From positions 1 through 64,000 of the forward strand of contig JAQGDQ010000662.1 in assembly GCA_030141605.1 (NCBI GenBank): 64,000 nt of DNA. Direction: 5' to 3'. Position 1 is the stretch's first letter. Each line of letters begins with the position of its first letter. The notes below the pieces were generated by a model, which saw only the letters and a program-made list of their open reading frames with translations, did not search any database and had not been told where the DNA came from. This document shows positions 47,101-57,310 of this stretch, piece after piece. This DNA comes from Tubiluchus corallicola (taxonomy: Eukaryota; Animalia; Priapulida). The position numbers and the translations under genes were made by a program.

Positions 47101-49672
47101 CTAATGATGAACTATCTATAGTGATTTTTTTCTTTTGACAGTACATACTAGTGTGCATTATAATTATACGTCTGGTATAATTATTGTTTTCTTTCAATTT
47201 TTACATACGTAGATGTCAACAATAATATTCCAAACTAATATTATGGTCGCATCGTTACAGTGTTACCAGCTGTTAAATAAAAAAATCAGAGCAAAACAAC
47301 TAGTGAGTTCAGGCAAGGTGTATCTTCTGTCATATGCTCCCACAGCAGCAGATACGATATAGTGTATGTTGTCAATAGATTCAAATAGGCAGACACATAG
47401 ACATCGCGATGCATGAAAAAAGAATCAAAAGCAATGGATAATAACAGAATTTCCACTGGTAGATGTGACCAAAGCACACAAAAGGCAAAACAACAGCAAA
47501 TTTGCGATATGCATGGATATCCACAGACTATGTTATATATTACACCGTTTTTATTTGTGAAAATCTTTCACAAACTAGAGCAAACATCGCGATAATTTAA
47601 AAAAAAGGAACAGTAGGCTGAAAAGGGACAAATCCTGATCGAAAAACAAGTCTAGTAAGCCTGCAAGTTAATCCACTTGGGACTAAATTAAGACATGTCA
47701 TTTAATCACAAGGACGTGGACGTGGCGCTACACTAAGAATTTATGTTAGAATAATACTTAAGCATACTAGCGTAACTGGTTCAAACTCAGCCAGATAACT
47801 GGTCTAAACTCAGTCCCCAATCCTGACTCCTTCGTGCTTACTTAGTTTTATAGAAAAGTAATGCGTTTCAGAAATTTCGTAAAATCTAAATTAACAACGT
47901 AATTGTGTCCTACAAGCGTGTACTATTTTCCATTAAAATAATTCTATTAGTATGTTTACCAGTTTGAAGAAATAATTCCAATACGTTTCCATCCGTAGTA
48001 ATCAAATATGTTGATTAAGAAAGCACCCAGCTTGTCAAAAGAGCCGAGCGTGCGACCCATAGTAGGATAGACAGCTTTGTCATTGAATTCTACATCAGTG
48101 GTAACCCACGTGATGAGAGGAAGATTCCAGAATGCAGCCAGTTGTCCAACTACTCTTGCAGCTAGCCACAAAACAATTAAGATAATATTGGTAACAATAA
48201 TATAATTTTCATTGTAAACAATATTAATTTTTATGAAATAAAGTAAGCAACACAATTTACAAAATTTGATGAAGTAAAAAGATGGACTTCATCATCAGGT
48301 TCATTGTGACCTGTACATCATCTACTTTTAATGGCTTACGCTTAAGCACGTTTGCTTGCAAGAAAAGTTGTTTTAGATCAGATTATCGCTCGAAAACCAA
48401 AATTAAAAAATATCATTTTTTCACAGTTAAAAGATACAGGTTTGTTCTAATAAAACCGTGATAAACTTCTTTGTAACGCGATTGTTTTTTAAAAAGTTAC
48501 AATTGCTTACAATTGTGGTTGTCATTATTGTCATTGTTACTGTCACTGGTATTTTTATTGTCGCAATCATTATCATTGTTGTTAGTCACTTTCTTGTTAC
48601 ATATTTAGAAGAGGTAACGATATTTTGTATGAATTCATGATTACCATCAGAACAGGCAGGTCCAAAGAAAACATCAATGCGTTCATTGATGTACATTTCA
48701 GCTGCATTGCCAGATGCTAGTTTACTATCACAGCTGGTATCTCTGGTTATAACCCTGAAATATTGAATCAGCAACTAAACAAAGGCTAAATTAAAACAAG
48801 GAGTGGCAATTAATTGACTCTATGGCTGACCGACCAACTGACTGACTAACTGACTGTCGACTGACTGACTATTCCTACACGGTTAAAACCCAGAAATGTT
48901 GAGTTAGTGGCAAAATATAAAAATAAATATAACTGATTAAAAACAATGAGTAACGATCAGTAGACTTTCTGCTGACTCGTTGATTGATTTACTAATTGGC
49001 CAGTGAAGAACTCATGACTGACTGACTGGCTGATTGAACGACTGTCCACCCATCGAACAACCTGCCAAGCTTCTGACTGACTGATTAATTGAAAACGTGA
49101 ACATAATTAATGAATGAGTAACTATGTGAATGTATGTAAAATAAACAAGTAAAATTAAAAAATGGAAAAGAATAAAGAAATAGCTGAACTAATGAATGAA
49201 TGATCGAATAACTGAAAAAAACAATGGATGGATGAATGAGTAACTTCATCTTTCTCTTGTCAGTCATTCGTCTGCTTTTACATTTGCTCGTTGGATTCAT
49301 TTGCTCATTTTTTCTCAAATTGATTCATTCGTTTATTTAGTTATTTCATTAAATCTTATATTCAGTCATTCATTAAGAAACTTACTTTAATCGAAAAGGA
49401 AAACCAGGATTGGCATGAACTTTCTCAATAGCTATAGACACAGCACTGGCACTGGTCACTCCACTAAAATACTCAAAATTAGCCACCCAGGGAATAAGTA
49501 GCCCAATAAGGAATTGCGGTAAACCAGATCCGTCTTCATCCAACTTTCTTACTTCTGACTTGAACGTGCCACTAGAATTTGTGAAAGTGTTGCTATTGGC
49601 TGACGTCTGTTTCAGCCCCAACACTAGTACTACCAACACCAGGAGAGCCTTCGTCTTCATTGGCTGCGACAT
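7361..49672 (-). CDS. Receptor-type (transmembrane) guanylyl cyclase, natriuretic peptide receptor-like; whole spliced CDS span, 25 coding exons using one of three alternative exon 7 copies, ~1177 aa
   Basis: Exons translated by hand join in phase via GT-AG introns (summed length 3534 nt including stop). Motifs: signal peptide, [44 protein letters not shown] helix, [59 protein letters not shown]. Confidence 0.93.
9319..9558. mobile_element. MITE (Harbinger/PIF-like ends)
   Basis: TIRs GGTGTGTTCACACTAGCAAGT / ACTTGCTAGTGTGAACATGCC. Confidence 0.7.
10286..10356 (-). CDS. rGC coding exon 24
   Basis: [23 protein letters not shown]; GTAAGT donor, phase 0 to 2. Confidence 0.9.
10585..10945. mobile_element. 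MITE family A copy
   Basis: Terminal inverted repeats TAAGCCTTTTCACAG...CTGTGAAAAGGCTTA; internal sequence shared with four other copies. Confidence 0.85.
11055..11996. mobile_element. Non-autonomous Tc1/pogo(Tigger)-like element
   Basis: TIRs CAGTAGGCGCCGCTT / AAGCAGCGCCTACTG-TA; the right half recurs at ~27830-28313. Confidence 0.7.
12395..12698. repeat. Degenerate (CAT/CAC/CGT)n trinucleotide tract
   Basis: Low-complexity triplets immediately after the exon 23 donor. Confidence 0.8.
12703..12797 (-). CDS. rGC coding exon 23
   Basis: [31 protein letters not shown]; phase 1 to 0. Confidence 0.9.
12896..13270. mobile_element. Partial copy of the 15759-16486 element
   Basis: Near-identical TTGCTGCATTTTGCATGGGTTCATGAAAAACT...TTGTGTGCAATCGGCTAATGCAGAAAATTTCAACTATC. 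Confidence 0.75.
13652..13762 (-). CDS. rGC coding exon 22 (degenerate catalytic motif)
   Basis: [37 protein letters not shown]; TAG acceptor, GTATGT donor. Confidence 0.93.
14525..14687 (-). CDS. rGC coding exon 21
   Basis: [34 protein letters not shown]...LQLHIG. Confidence 0.94.
14825..15240. repeat. 21-22-bp minisatellite
   Basis: Unit CATACAAGCCTTTCTTAGTT(C/G)C. Confidence 0.9.
15646..15714 (-). CDS. rGC coding exon 20
   Basis: [23 protein letters not shown]; 69 nt, phase 0 to 0. Confidence 0.93.
15759..16486. mobile_element. Non-autonomous piggyBac-like element (TTAA-flanked)
   Basis: TTAA-CTCCATCAGGACTGTA...TGCAGTCCTGAAAGAG-TTAA; a related copy lies at ~12896-13270. Confidence 0.65.
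17833..17956 (-). CDS. rGC coding exon 19 (cyclase, first metal-binding Asp)
   Basis: [41 protein letters not shown]. Confidence 0.93.
18279..19251. mobile_element. MITE family A copy interrupted by another repeat
   Basis: Left end TAAGCCTTTTTCACAG at 18279, right end TGTGAAAAGGCTTA at 19251; ~700 nt of other repeat sequence between. Confidence 0.65.
19680..19817 (-). CDS. rGC coding exon 18 (hinge coiled coil)
   Basis: [46 protein letters not shown]; phase 2 to 2. Confidence 0.92.
21480..21934. mobile_element. TTAA-flanked inverted-repeat element (Kolobok-like ends)
   Basis: TTAAAGTACAAGAAAA...TTTTCTTGTCCTTTAA with imperfect subterminal IRs; the same end motif occurs at 18626, 41312 and 62662. 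Confidence 0.5.
23816..23993 (-). CDS. rGC coding exon 17
   Basis: [16 protein letters not shown]...[30 protein letters not shown]; GTGAGT donor. Confidence 0.92.
25726..25953 (-). CDS. rGC coding exon 16 (5' boundary less certain)
   Basis: [12 protein letters not shown]...[35 protein letters not shown]...VTPR; best phase-1 acceptor is TTATTTTTAATAG at 25954-25955. Confidence 0.8.
27049..27166 (-). CDS. rGC coding exon 15
   Basis: [39 protein letters not shown]; phase 0 to 1. Confidence 0.88.
27830..28313. mobile_element. Partial second copy of the 11055-11996 element
   Basis: Shared AAGTGATTAAATGTTTA, ACAAAATGGTACTTAACAT and the terminal TTAAGCGGCGCCTACTG-TA. Confidence 0.7.
28641..28766 (-). 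CDS. rGC coding exon 14
   Basis: [42 protein letters not shown]; AAG acceptor, phase 0 to 0. Confidence 0.88.
29315..29419 (-). CDS. rGC coding exon 13
   Basis: [35 protein letters not shown]; GTAAGT donor. Confidence 0.92.
30910..31149 (-). CDS. rGC coding exon 12 (Ser-rich region, kinase-homology domain start)
   Basis: [10 protein letters not shown]...[23 protein letters not shown]...TEFNT; 240 nt, phase 0 to 0. Confidence 0.9.
31615..31726 (-). CDS. rGC coding exon 11
   Basis: [37 protein letters not shown] (W-x-x-x-W-x-D-I motif of rGCs); phase 2 to 0. Confidence 0.88.
31981..32369. mobile_element. MITE family A copy
   Basis: TAAGCCTTTTCACAG...CTATGAAAAGGCTTA. Confidence 0.85.
33622..33703 (-). 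CDS. rGC coding exon 10 (transmembrane helix)
   Basis: [28 protein letters not shown]; phase 1 to 2. Confidence 0.85.
33945..34465. repeat. ~31-bp minisatellite with internal palindrome
   Basis: Unit AAGTTTAATGTGTTTTTAAAAAACACGTACC. Confidence 0.9.
34630..34900 (-). pseudogene. Decayed Tc1/mariner transposase C-terminal fragment
   Basis: Across frameshifts the minus strand reads DL(N)PMDCCTW...[10 protein letters not shown]...[13 protein letters not shown], resembling the Tc1 SPDLNP-D-W and GG-H-E termini. Confidence 0.5.
34922..35409. repeat. Recent 246-bp direct tandem duplication
   Basis: TGTTTTGCTGCCATATATTG...TAGTCTAAATTTC at 34922 and 35168, almost identical. Confidence 0.9.
35491..35605 (-). 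CDS. rGC coding exon 9 (juxtamembrane Cys pair)
   Basis: [38 protein letters not shown]; phase 0 to 1. Confidence 0.9.
35853..36239. mobile_element. MITE family A copy
   Basis: TAAGCCTTTTCACAC...CTGTGAAAAGGCTT. Confidence 0.85.
37097..37392. mobile_element. MITE family A copy (opposite orientation to the 35853 copy)
   Basis: TAAGCCTTTTCACAC...CTGTGAAAAGGCTTA; internal deletion. Confidence 0.85.
37652..37779 (-). CDS. rGC coding exon 8
   Basis: [43 protein letters not shown]; phase 1 to 0. Confidence 0.9.
38068..38145. repeat. (CT)n microsatellite
   Basis: Pure CT run. Confidence 0.97.
38822..38862 (-). ncRNA. Degenerate minimal hammerhead ribozyme motif (Penelope repeat, left copy)
   Basis: Minus strand CCA-CTGATAA-T-GACAG-cagtagct-CTGTC-GAAA-TGTTTGAC. 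Confidence 0.55.
40221..40262 (+). ncRNA. Degenerate minimal hammerhead ribozyme motif (Penelope repeat, right copy)
   Basis: TCA-CTGATGA-T-GACAG-cagtagct-CTGTC-AAAA-CGTTTGA. Confidence 0.55.
42174..42237 (-). repeat. tRNA-derived SINE head or tRNA pseudogene
   Basis: A-box-like TGGCTTGGTGA and B-box GGTTCAAATCC at tRNA-like spacing; no clean cloverleaf. Confidence 0.4.
42417..42552 (-). CDS. rGC alternative exon 7c (mutually exclusive)
   Basis: [46 protein letters not shown]; 136 nt, CAG acceptor, AAAG|GTATGT donor. Confidence 0.88.
42632..42767 (-). CDS. rGC alternative exon 7b (mutually exclusive)
   Basis: [46 protein letters not shown]; 136 nt, CAG acceptor, AAAG|GTAT donor; absent from the ORF track. 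Confidence 0.88.
42843..42978 (-). CDS. rGC alternative exon 7a (mutually exclusive)
   Basis: [46 protein letters not shown]; 136 nt, TAG acceptor, AAAG|GTAC donor. Confidence 0.88.
43991..44119 (-). CDS. rGC coding exon 6
   Basis: [43 protein letters not shown]; CAG acceptor, GTAAGT donor, 129 nt, phase 0 to 0. Confidence 0.85.
44195..44810. repeat. 58-bp minisatellite, ~10 copies, filling most of the exon 5-6 intron
   Basis: Unit GATGTTAAATTAAATGAACTAAATGTCCAGTAGATAGCAGCACAAAAGCATGTGCTTA. Confidence 0.92.
44830..45029 (-). CDS. rGC coding exon 5
   Basis: [31 protein letters not shown]...[10 protein letters not shown]; phase 1 to 0. Confidence 0.9.
45026..45260. repeat. ~46-bp degenerate tandem repeat overlapping the exon 5 acceptor
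   Basis: CAACTG(A/T)AAA...CATATAAA(C/T)TCA recurs about five times. Confidence 0.75.
45899..46044 (-). CDS. rGC coding exon 4
   Basis: [20 protein letters not shown]...LTEIKKETR; phase 2 to 1. Confidence 0.88.
47960..48161 (-). CDS. rGC coding exon 3
   Basis: [19 protein letters not shown]...[14 protein letters not shown]; phase 1 to 2. Confidence 0.9.
48645..48754 (-). CDS. rGC coding exon 2
   Basis: [36 protein letters not shown]; CAG acceptor, G|GTAA donor, phase 2 to 1. Confidence 0.9.
49386..49672 (-). CDS. rGC coding exon 1 (signal peptide + ectodomain start)
   Basis: [20 protein letters not shown]...[21 protein letters not shown]; donor AA|GTAAG. A polypyrimidine-AG acceptor at 49688-49689 implies an upstream non-coding exon. 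Confidence 0.85.
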
Positions 49673-52429
49673 AGTTACATCTTCAGCCTAAAAAAGGAAA
49701 ATTAACAATGGGAGCACTTTTTACAATTTTAACTTGCACGAAAATAGGCTTACAGTGAGCGATAAAACTAATGTACTTCCCGACTCCACTTTCTATCCTT
49801 ATATTCACGCGCTTAGAATAATTAATTAAACCAAATAACCGTGCCTATACTACTCCACGTATTTTCAATTTATTTCAATTTTTTACAAGAATCATACACA
49901 CGTAAACGCATTCAAAAAGACTGAGGAAACGAAAAAGCACAGCGTTTTAGTCCATCATGGTGATTTATCTTGAGGCAAAGGGGAAAAAGTGAAACTGGAT
50001 TAGCAGAAGCCCACAATACACATGTACTCAATGAACAAAGACGGAGCCTTTTTATACCTAGAGTTGCTGTACGTTACTCATTGTTTCACCTTGTAGTCAT
50101 CTTTGGAATTTCACCTTGTAGTCAGGAATTATTTCCAGTCATATTGTAGAAATCGTAATTTTGCAAATACGTGCACAGAAAATGTTTAAAGACAATGTTA
50201 TCCAAGATGAAGACAATATTTTCTACAAATATTTTACAAAAACTGGTGATGATATTTGCGATAATATTTTGAGTGCTTTGAAAATACATGGTCAGAAAGC
50301 ATTTAAAGAACGTACTATGCCAATATGGAGACAATGTTCGAAGTTTTTCAACATGTTGTCTGACTGTGGTTTGCCAATATTGTGTAGATATCGTACCACT
50401 TTGCGCCAATATTTTTATCAATATGTGCGAACCACGTGTTTCTAATATTGGATGACAGTATCGGTATAAATATACGCAATCTTGTCGTACAAGGTGGAAC
50501 CAATGTTGGAGAAAAATATTTTATCAAGATATATGGTACCTTTGTTTTCGGGCTCTTCCTTAAGGCCTAAACCTTGTTCTGCCTATACATTAGCACACTA
50601 ACGAGAGAATGATTTCACTTGTACAAAAATGAGCTGGCTTTTCACTGGTGTTTACATATATGTGTTCCTGAGATGATGTAGAGATCTGTCTATTTTTCCT
50701 TTAAAACATTTTACGGTTTTAGCATTTAAGATCTCGGCGAGTCCGTGACTATTTGGTGACAAGATTGTGTATAGGCTATCTAGGGTTCATCAGTCTTTAT
50801 TAATTATAAAAAATGTAAGCATAATTTTAAAACTTTTACTTACCTTACTATATTAGCGACGCGTGCAAAACAAATCAGCTTAACTTTTCCGAAGTACTGA
50901 ACAACACAAGGTTTGCGAGTCAAATGAATCCTCGCAGCTTAGTTCCTTATCAAAAATAATGAGCGCATCTTTACTGATCAGATTTATAATGATCCCCCTA
51001 GGCAACTTCGATACTCCTAATTATGATCTAATTACTACTCATTTCAGCAAATAATCGATAACTATTGATTTCAAATGCAAGTTCTGCTTTCAGTTATTTA
51101 CACAACGTTTGTGTTTCCCAGTACAATAGAGCTTAAGCCAATTAATGATGATAATATGGCCTATGAAATGTAAACAGAGTATTTTGCTAACAGCAAGCAT
51201 GCACTGGCTGCATCGTGACTTATAATTAAAGTAATCACCCTGGAACGTGATTGCTTACAGGAATATGTTTATAATAATTATTGCTTTAATTTAGAATCTC
51301 AGTTCCTGATGCAAAATATTCCTGCATATTTTGTGAACCTGAAAATTATATAGCTGTGGTATGCAATTTGTCAGTGATGGTGGGACGAACTTGTCTACTT
51401 CCTTCACTTTGTTTGCACTAGGCTGTTTGTAGTTAACACATTAAAATAAGAGTATTGTTCCCAGAAATATTACACAGTACACTGTATAGTGATAGAGATC
51501 ATGAGTACGAGGTCGCGATACAGTGCTACATATGTATGGTTATGAGTGCAGGTAATGCGCAGCACACATTATACAAAACAGATCTTACATCTATGTGCCC
51601 AGTTATTGCATGCGTGCTGCTTTGTGCATGTTATTCGACAGTTCATGATAGGTACATCATTCATTTATAATACAGAGTTATACTCTAACCAGTTATCAAT
51701 AAGGCTCGCCCATTCCTCGAAATGCCGATTACTGAGCTGCTCCAAGTCGGTCCAGGTCAACCGCCTAGGAAGTAGAAAGTGAAGCGAAGTCGCTGGTTTA
51801 GAAAAGATTAGTTCACTTTCTGTTTTGTAGAGGGCGAGGCTATCACAACAGTTACAGTTTGTAGAATGGCGTGTGGGTTGTGGATTGGATTGTAGTGGTT
51901 TGTGATGTATGGTATCACTCTTTTTCAATAAGATTAATTTTCGCTATTACTTTCTTTAATTCGACTTTTTACGGTTGCGGAGCGATCTTCTAGCCTTTGA
52001 CCACTTAAGCAAGAGAGTACTAAAGTGCAAATCAAGAGAGCATTATTTTTCAGTTCATACTTGCCGGCTACCAGAATTTCTAAAAAGCAAATTTGTAGCT
52101 TTCCCGAACCTGGCTTGGATCTGCGGCAAATTTCCGCCAATTACAAAATAAGTCTTATAAAAATATAAGACAGTGGACAGTGGTGTTCCCAAATAGCTTA
52201 ACCAAAATTATCGCATTCATGACTCAGATATTTAGTAGAACATTACACAAAATGTATTTATTTGCCCAGCTTATCTTGAAAATGAATAATAAATAGAATG
52301 CACATTGTCTTGCCATACATGGTTCTCGGCTGAGGTGTTCTCAGTTTTCACTGTTAGTATACTTTGAATATTGAAAATTCTTATTTATAGATAGTTATAG
52401 GCATATTTATAGATAGTAGAATTACTCAG

Positions 52430-53586
52430 AAAACACATGTACAGCATATAGTCAACAAAATTAGCAAATTAAGTGGTGTATTAGCTAGAATACGACACTA
52501 CATAAATGTAGATGCACTACGGCTCTTATATTCTTCTCTTGTCATGCCATATCTGAGTTATGGCATTCTCGCCTGGGGTAGTGCTTCAGCATCGGTTTTA
52601 AAATCATTGGTTTCTAAACAAAACAAGATTATCAAACTTATAACATTTACTAATAAAAGGGAACATGTAACACCTTTGTATTTGCAATTAAATCTACTAA
52701 AAGTATATGATCTGTATAAATTAAAATTGCTCAAGTTTGTATATAAATTCAAAAATAATTCACTTCCGGATCTCTTCAGCAATTATTATACTTTAGCATG
52801 TCACATGCATCACCATTCTACTAGGTTTGCTACCACCCAATCTTATTTTATTGAAAGATTTAACTCATCTAAAGGCCAGAATTCTTTAAAACACCAAGGA
52901 ACTTTGCTGTGGAATTCATTATCAGACCAGTTAAAGTCAAGTAATTACAAAAAGTTAATTCTAAATTATAAAAAACAACTTATTGCAGGATACAAATGAA
53001 TGAGATATTTTACTTATGTACTTGTAATACCTATACATATTTTTTTCATTGTTACGACACTTTATGTTTTTGTTTAAGTTTTTGGTATATTTTGATTTCA
53101 TTTTGTCTGATTTACAGTTGATATAGTTTTCGATGGTTTAATTTATTATATTTTCTTTCTCGACACCTTTGGTTGATCACTGTTCTACTGTTTTTTTTGC
53201 CGTATTTTTTAGTTAATGCTCAAATTATGCATTTTCTGTTATGTTAAAAACTCTAAGTCATTTTTATTGTGTTTGCTTTGCATGATTAACAGTGTTTTAG
53301 AATTGTAAATCTTTCGTTATTTAAATTATTATGTTCTACAGTATTATGATATCCATCATTTAACTGCCAATTATACACATCAACCGGATACAAATTTATA
53401 TTGAGAACAATGGCATAATTAATTTTATTTAATCATAGCTATTTAAGGGTGGCTGACTAGATAACCTACGGGTTCTTCGCTGCCCTTCTCCTTTGCTTCG
53501 AAATATTGCATGTAGTCCTGATACTGTATTTTGATCATTCTTGCGGAGTCAATAAATAAATTGAATTGAAATTGAATTGACTTGAA
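52430..53586 (+). mobile_element. 3' fragment of a related CR1/L2-group LINE
   Basis: ORF 52544-52999 (PYLSYGILAWG...HVTPLYLQLNLLK...YFIERFN...GTLLWNSLSDQLK) aligns by eye with the C-terminus of the 59061-60983 ORF; same 3' stem-loop at 53445-53487; (TTGAA)n tail. Confidence 0.85.
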
Positions 53587-54480
53587 TAAGTCCGTAGATA
53601 CAAAAGCCCGGAGGCACATAGATTCCTGCATCTGCATCCTGCATTTTGAACCACCCTTCCCTGAAAACTTTTGCAAAAGTAACTGTGTATCAGTTCATGA
53701 GAGTTTTCAAAAGAACTCTGTATTTTTTTACAAAGAGTAAACTTAAAATCTTTAATTAACGGTTACTTTTTGAAAAATTATGGAGTTTCTATGAGTGTGC
53801 TCACTTAACACTTAATTCGTGACATTACAACAGTGCAACAGTTACAGTGTGGGTTGTTTATAGAAAGAGCTCTGCCATTGTGGATGAGAACAGCTTAGTT
53901 CCAAACTTTATTTCTAGAAATTTTTGCTAGAGAAGAACTATAGGCAATACTGCCTTTCTTACCTCATAAATTATATGTAATCCTATTTGCTGCATAATAG
54001 CTTTTTTGTTGGCCTTTCATTTGTAAGTATATAGACCTTCTCGTCACTTAGCATCATTAAAGCAGAGGAAATAAGAGACTATGTGCAATGTTTGTGAATT
54101 ATTGATTATATGTGCCTAAAGTGGTTTTGTAATGCTTTCACTTTCAAATGTAGCCTGATTTTTGATACACGGCCCCAGTCAGAGTTTGCCGATAATTGCA
54201 GTTTCAGTTTCATTCCGTTTTCGTCGAAATTTAGAAAATTTCCTAGCCGAAACTTTAAAAGTAATTTTACGTATCATTATTCCAATGTTTTAGTAGTATT
54301 TTCCAGTTTGCCCCTTCTTTTTTCATAAATAATAAAAACTGCTAAAAAATCTTGGCTAAAATAGCTTATATAAAACAAAAAAATCATGTAGTGTGTATGT
54401 TTTTATGGCAATGTGGTATGAATCTTTAGTGCTATCTGTAGATTATGAAGCTTTAAGGACTGGAGGCACAATCAACTGAA

Positions 54481-54554
54481 ATATTAAACCAGGGTTTTGC
54501 CTCCAATTACACTGCATTGAAAGTGTAATTGGAGGCAAAACCCTGGTTTAATAT
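54481..54554. repeat. Perfect 33-bp inverted repeat with 8-nt loop
   Basis: ATATTAAACCAGGGTTTTGCCTCCAATTACACT-gcattgaa-AGTGTAATTGGAGGCAAAACCCTGGTTTAATAT. Confidence 0.95.
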
Positions 54555-57051
54555 AATAATTCATGAAATATACTCGGCAACAAAGCATTTACAAATAAAT
54601 AAAGGTTTTTTGCTTGGTTGGTTTTTCAATTTTAATAGTAGCTGGTTTTGCAAAAATTATATTGATTCGGTTTTGTTTTGGTATTGGCTGCAGTTGTCGT
54701 ATTCTGCAAACGTTTTACACGCTCTTGCCATTGTGCACTAGTTTTCTTTTTGTGTTCATCTAGATGACATTTCTAAATTTGGACTGCAGTTTTTTATATT
54801 TTGTACCAAATCCTTAAAGGTGCCAACTGGACAGTAACATTGCCAACTAGGTAACGTGGCGGCGTTACGTGTAGTTAATTATTTGAACTACATGCACAGT
54901 TATGAGACTCACCTACAAATCTAATGCTTCACGTTCATTGCAAGCCCATTTTCTACTTTCCTCAAAAATTACCAGGTCACAGTTTGCAGTAAATGGCTGT
55001 GAACAAGTTATTGTGTACTCAAAAGCACTTTAGCTTTAGCACTTTTTGCTCTACATTCTTCCAGTGATTCGTAGTTCTTTCACATACTGGTACCTCAGCT
55101 GTGCATTTATTTTTCAGTAAACAGAATGCCTTGTTTTATCCGCATATGTCGACATGGTGTGCATTCTATTTATCGTCATTTTCTCCACATGTCATATAGG
55201 CAGAATAAATGCATGCCGTTAAGTGTTCCATAATTTATGTAAATATCTGCTGAACCATACGACAATGTAGCTAAAATTGCCCAGCTAGAAATACATCCCA
55301 CATCCTGAATTCAGTGAGATTTGACCTACAAGCTAGCCGTCTGTCTTTCTTATACATGTGCCTTCGCGGCTTTGTAAATCAGAGTCTCTTTTAACGTATT
55401 GCCTGGGTACCAAGTTTGGTACACAGTGAAGAAATCTTGGTACCCAGTGATGCTTAAATCAGACCAGTAGGTACCGAGATACATTGTTTCAAGGAAAAAT
55501 AAATGTTGCCCCTTTCATTGGTATGTACTACTAGTGATCCTGGCCTGGCCCTGTAAGAAATGCAGTTGGTTTATGTTCACTCCAGCATTGAAGAACTATA
55601 GGTTCCTAGTGGTTGTTCATCTGACACCTGGTGTGATGAACATGAATGGCTATACGGAACAGTACAGCTCATTACTGGCCATATAGCGACATGCACACTC
55701 AGCATATGTCATGATGTGATGACTCATTAGCTGACTGGGCTGGCTAGAGCGCTCAGAATAGGCCAGAAATAGCTGTTTCTGAAAGAAAAATTCAAAATAT
55801 TCCCCGAACCCTCCTCGCCAATCTGCGGAGAGAGAACCCCAGGGACCCTCTGGTACCCGGTCATTGTACCTTAAAAGAGGCTCTGTCGTAAATAAGCATC
55901 TATTTTAGCCTCTGTGAAGTGTTTTTCAGTGTGCGTCACAGATGGGCACATCTATTTTAACCTCCGTGAAGTGTTTTTTGACGTGCGTCACCCATGGGCA
56001 CAAGTAACCAGCTGCTACTGTTCTCGCCATCAAAGTACGGCTGTGCTGCTTCAGTAAACTGGACAATTTAGGGAGTGCATTTTTCCCTGGGCCATTCACA
56101 AGATCTGAGGCCTTTCAGTTGTGCACCCGTCTGTATCGCATCTGTCCAACATTATCAATTTTTCGTACAAATTATCCCAGCCAAGGTCGATGACCTTCCA
56201 AGTTGAAGAACAGTATGTACTGTTTAAAGTACTATTTCGCCTACTTGTCAAATCGTGCAAAAAAGTGTCTAGAGAACTTTAACACAATGGTACTGCCTCT
56301 GACAGACTATGAGCCTTGTCCTAGCTCTAATATTTCGTTTGAGTGTTTTAAGTTTTTGTGACTAACTTCTGTGTTTACATCTTATTTATAAAAAAAATCT
56401 TGAATTAGCTGTTGTTTAAACACCAAGAAGTTTGTGTAAAATGGCTCAATTTTCAGTAGGCATTATGACGGGTCTTTTCCCGCAATGTTCAGCCCAGCTC
56501 GTATAAAACAACAGGCTTAGAATTCACATCCTGTATGAGCCACAATAGTCATAATCCAAAGTAAATTATTTGTAGCTGTGTTATATTTCCCTGTATAGAT
56601 TTGGGTTGACCCCCAGTCATTACATAATGCCAAAATGTGATAAATTCTCATGAATGTTGAAGTAGCTTGATGTTTGAATTGTTTTATTTAAACGCGACGC
56701 GTCTGCAACATTGAAAATGAATAGCTCTATATATTAATCTACTGGCAGATGCTAAATGTCATTGATTCATATCACTGTTAGCTTATTAATGCCACCAACA
56801 TGGTTGTGTTTAAGTTGACTCTTGAGTTGTTACTAAGTTTTTTATTGATCTATTTTTCTCTCTTGGAGACGTGCATGTGCTGTATGGTGTATTTAGTATA
56901 ACAGCATATCTTGTGCATAGAGTTTCACACTGAATGGATATGAATCCCGAGCTTTAAGATGCACTAATGTTTCTAAGGCGGTATTTAGATTGTGTGCTGT
57001 TGTTCATGCCTGCTGGGAATTGGGATGTAGGTTTTTTTAGTACTTTCTTTG

Positions 57052-57310
57052 ATGTTGTTGTTGTCGTTGTCACTGTTGTTGTTGTTGTTGTTGTTGTTAC
57101 TGTTACTGTTGTTGTTGTCGCTGTTGCTGTTGCCTTTGCTGTCACTCTTGCTGTCACTGTCCTTGATGTTGCTGTTGTTGTAACACTGTTCTTGCCTGGT
57201 GTGAAATGGGATATAGGTTTCTCAGTACTTTCTTTGATTTTGTTGTTGTTGTTGCTGCTGCTGCTGTGTTGTTACTGTTATGGTTGTTGCTGCTGTCGTC
57301 GTCACTGCCG
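57052..57310. repeat. (GTT/GCT)n low-complexity tract
   Basis: Triplet runs; source of spurious poly-V and poly-T ORFs. Confidence 0.85.

Noticed and set aside
50839-51000. Candidate 5' non-coding exon of the rGC gene (AAG|GTAAGT donor at 50843)
   Set aside because: A good donor consensus alone is not enough without transcript data.
51695-51790. HDV-like ribozyme suggested by a TCCTCG loop in a GC-rich patch
   Set aside because: I could not build the P1/P2 nested pseudoknot pairings; the overlapping short ORFs have no recognisable motif.
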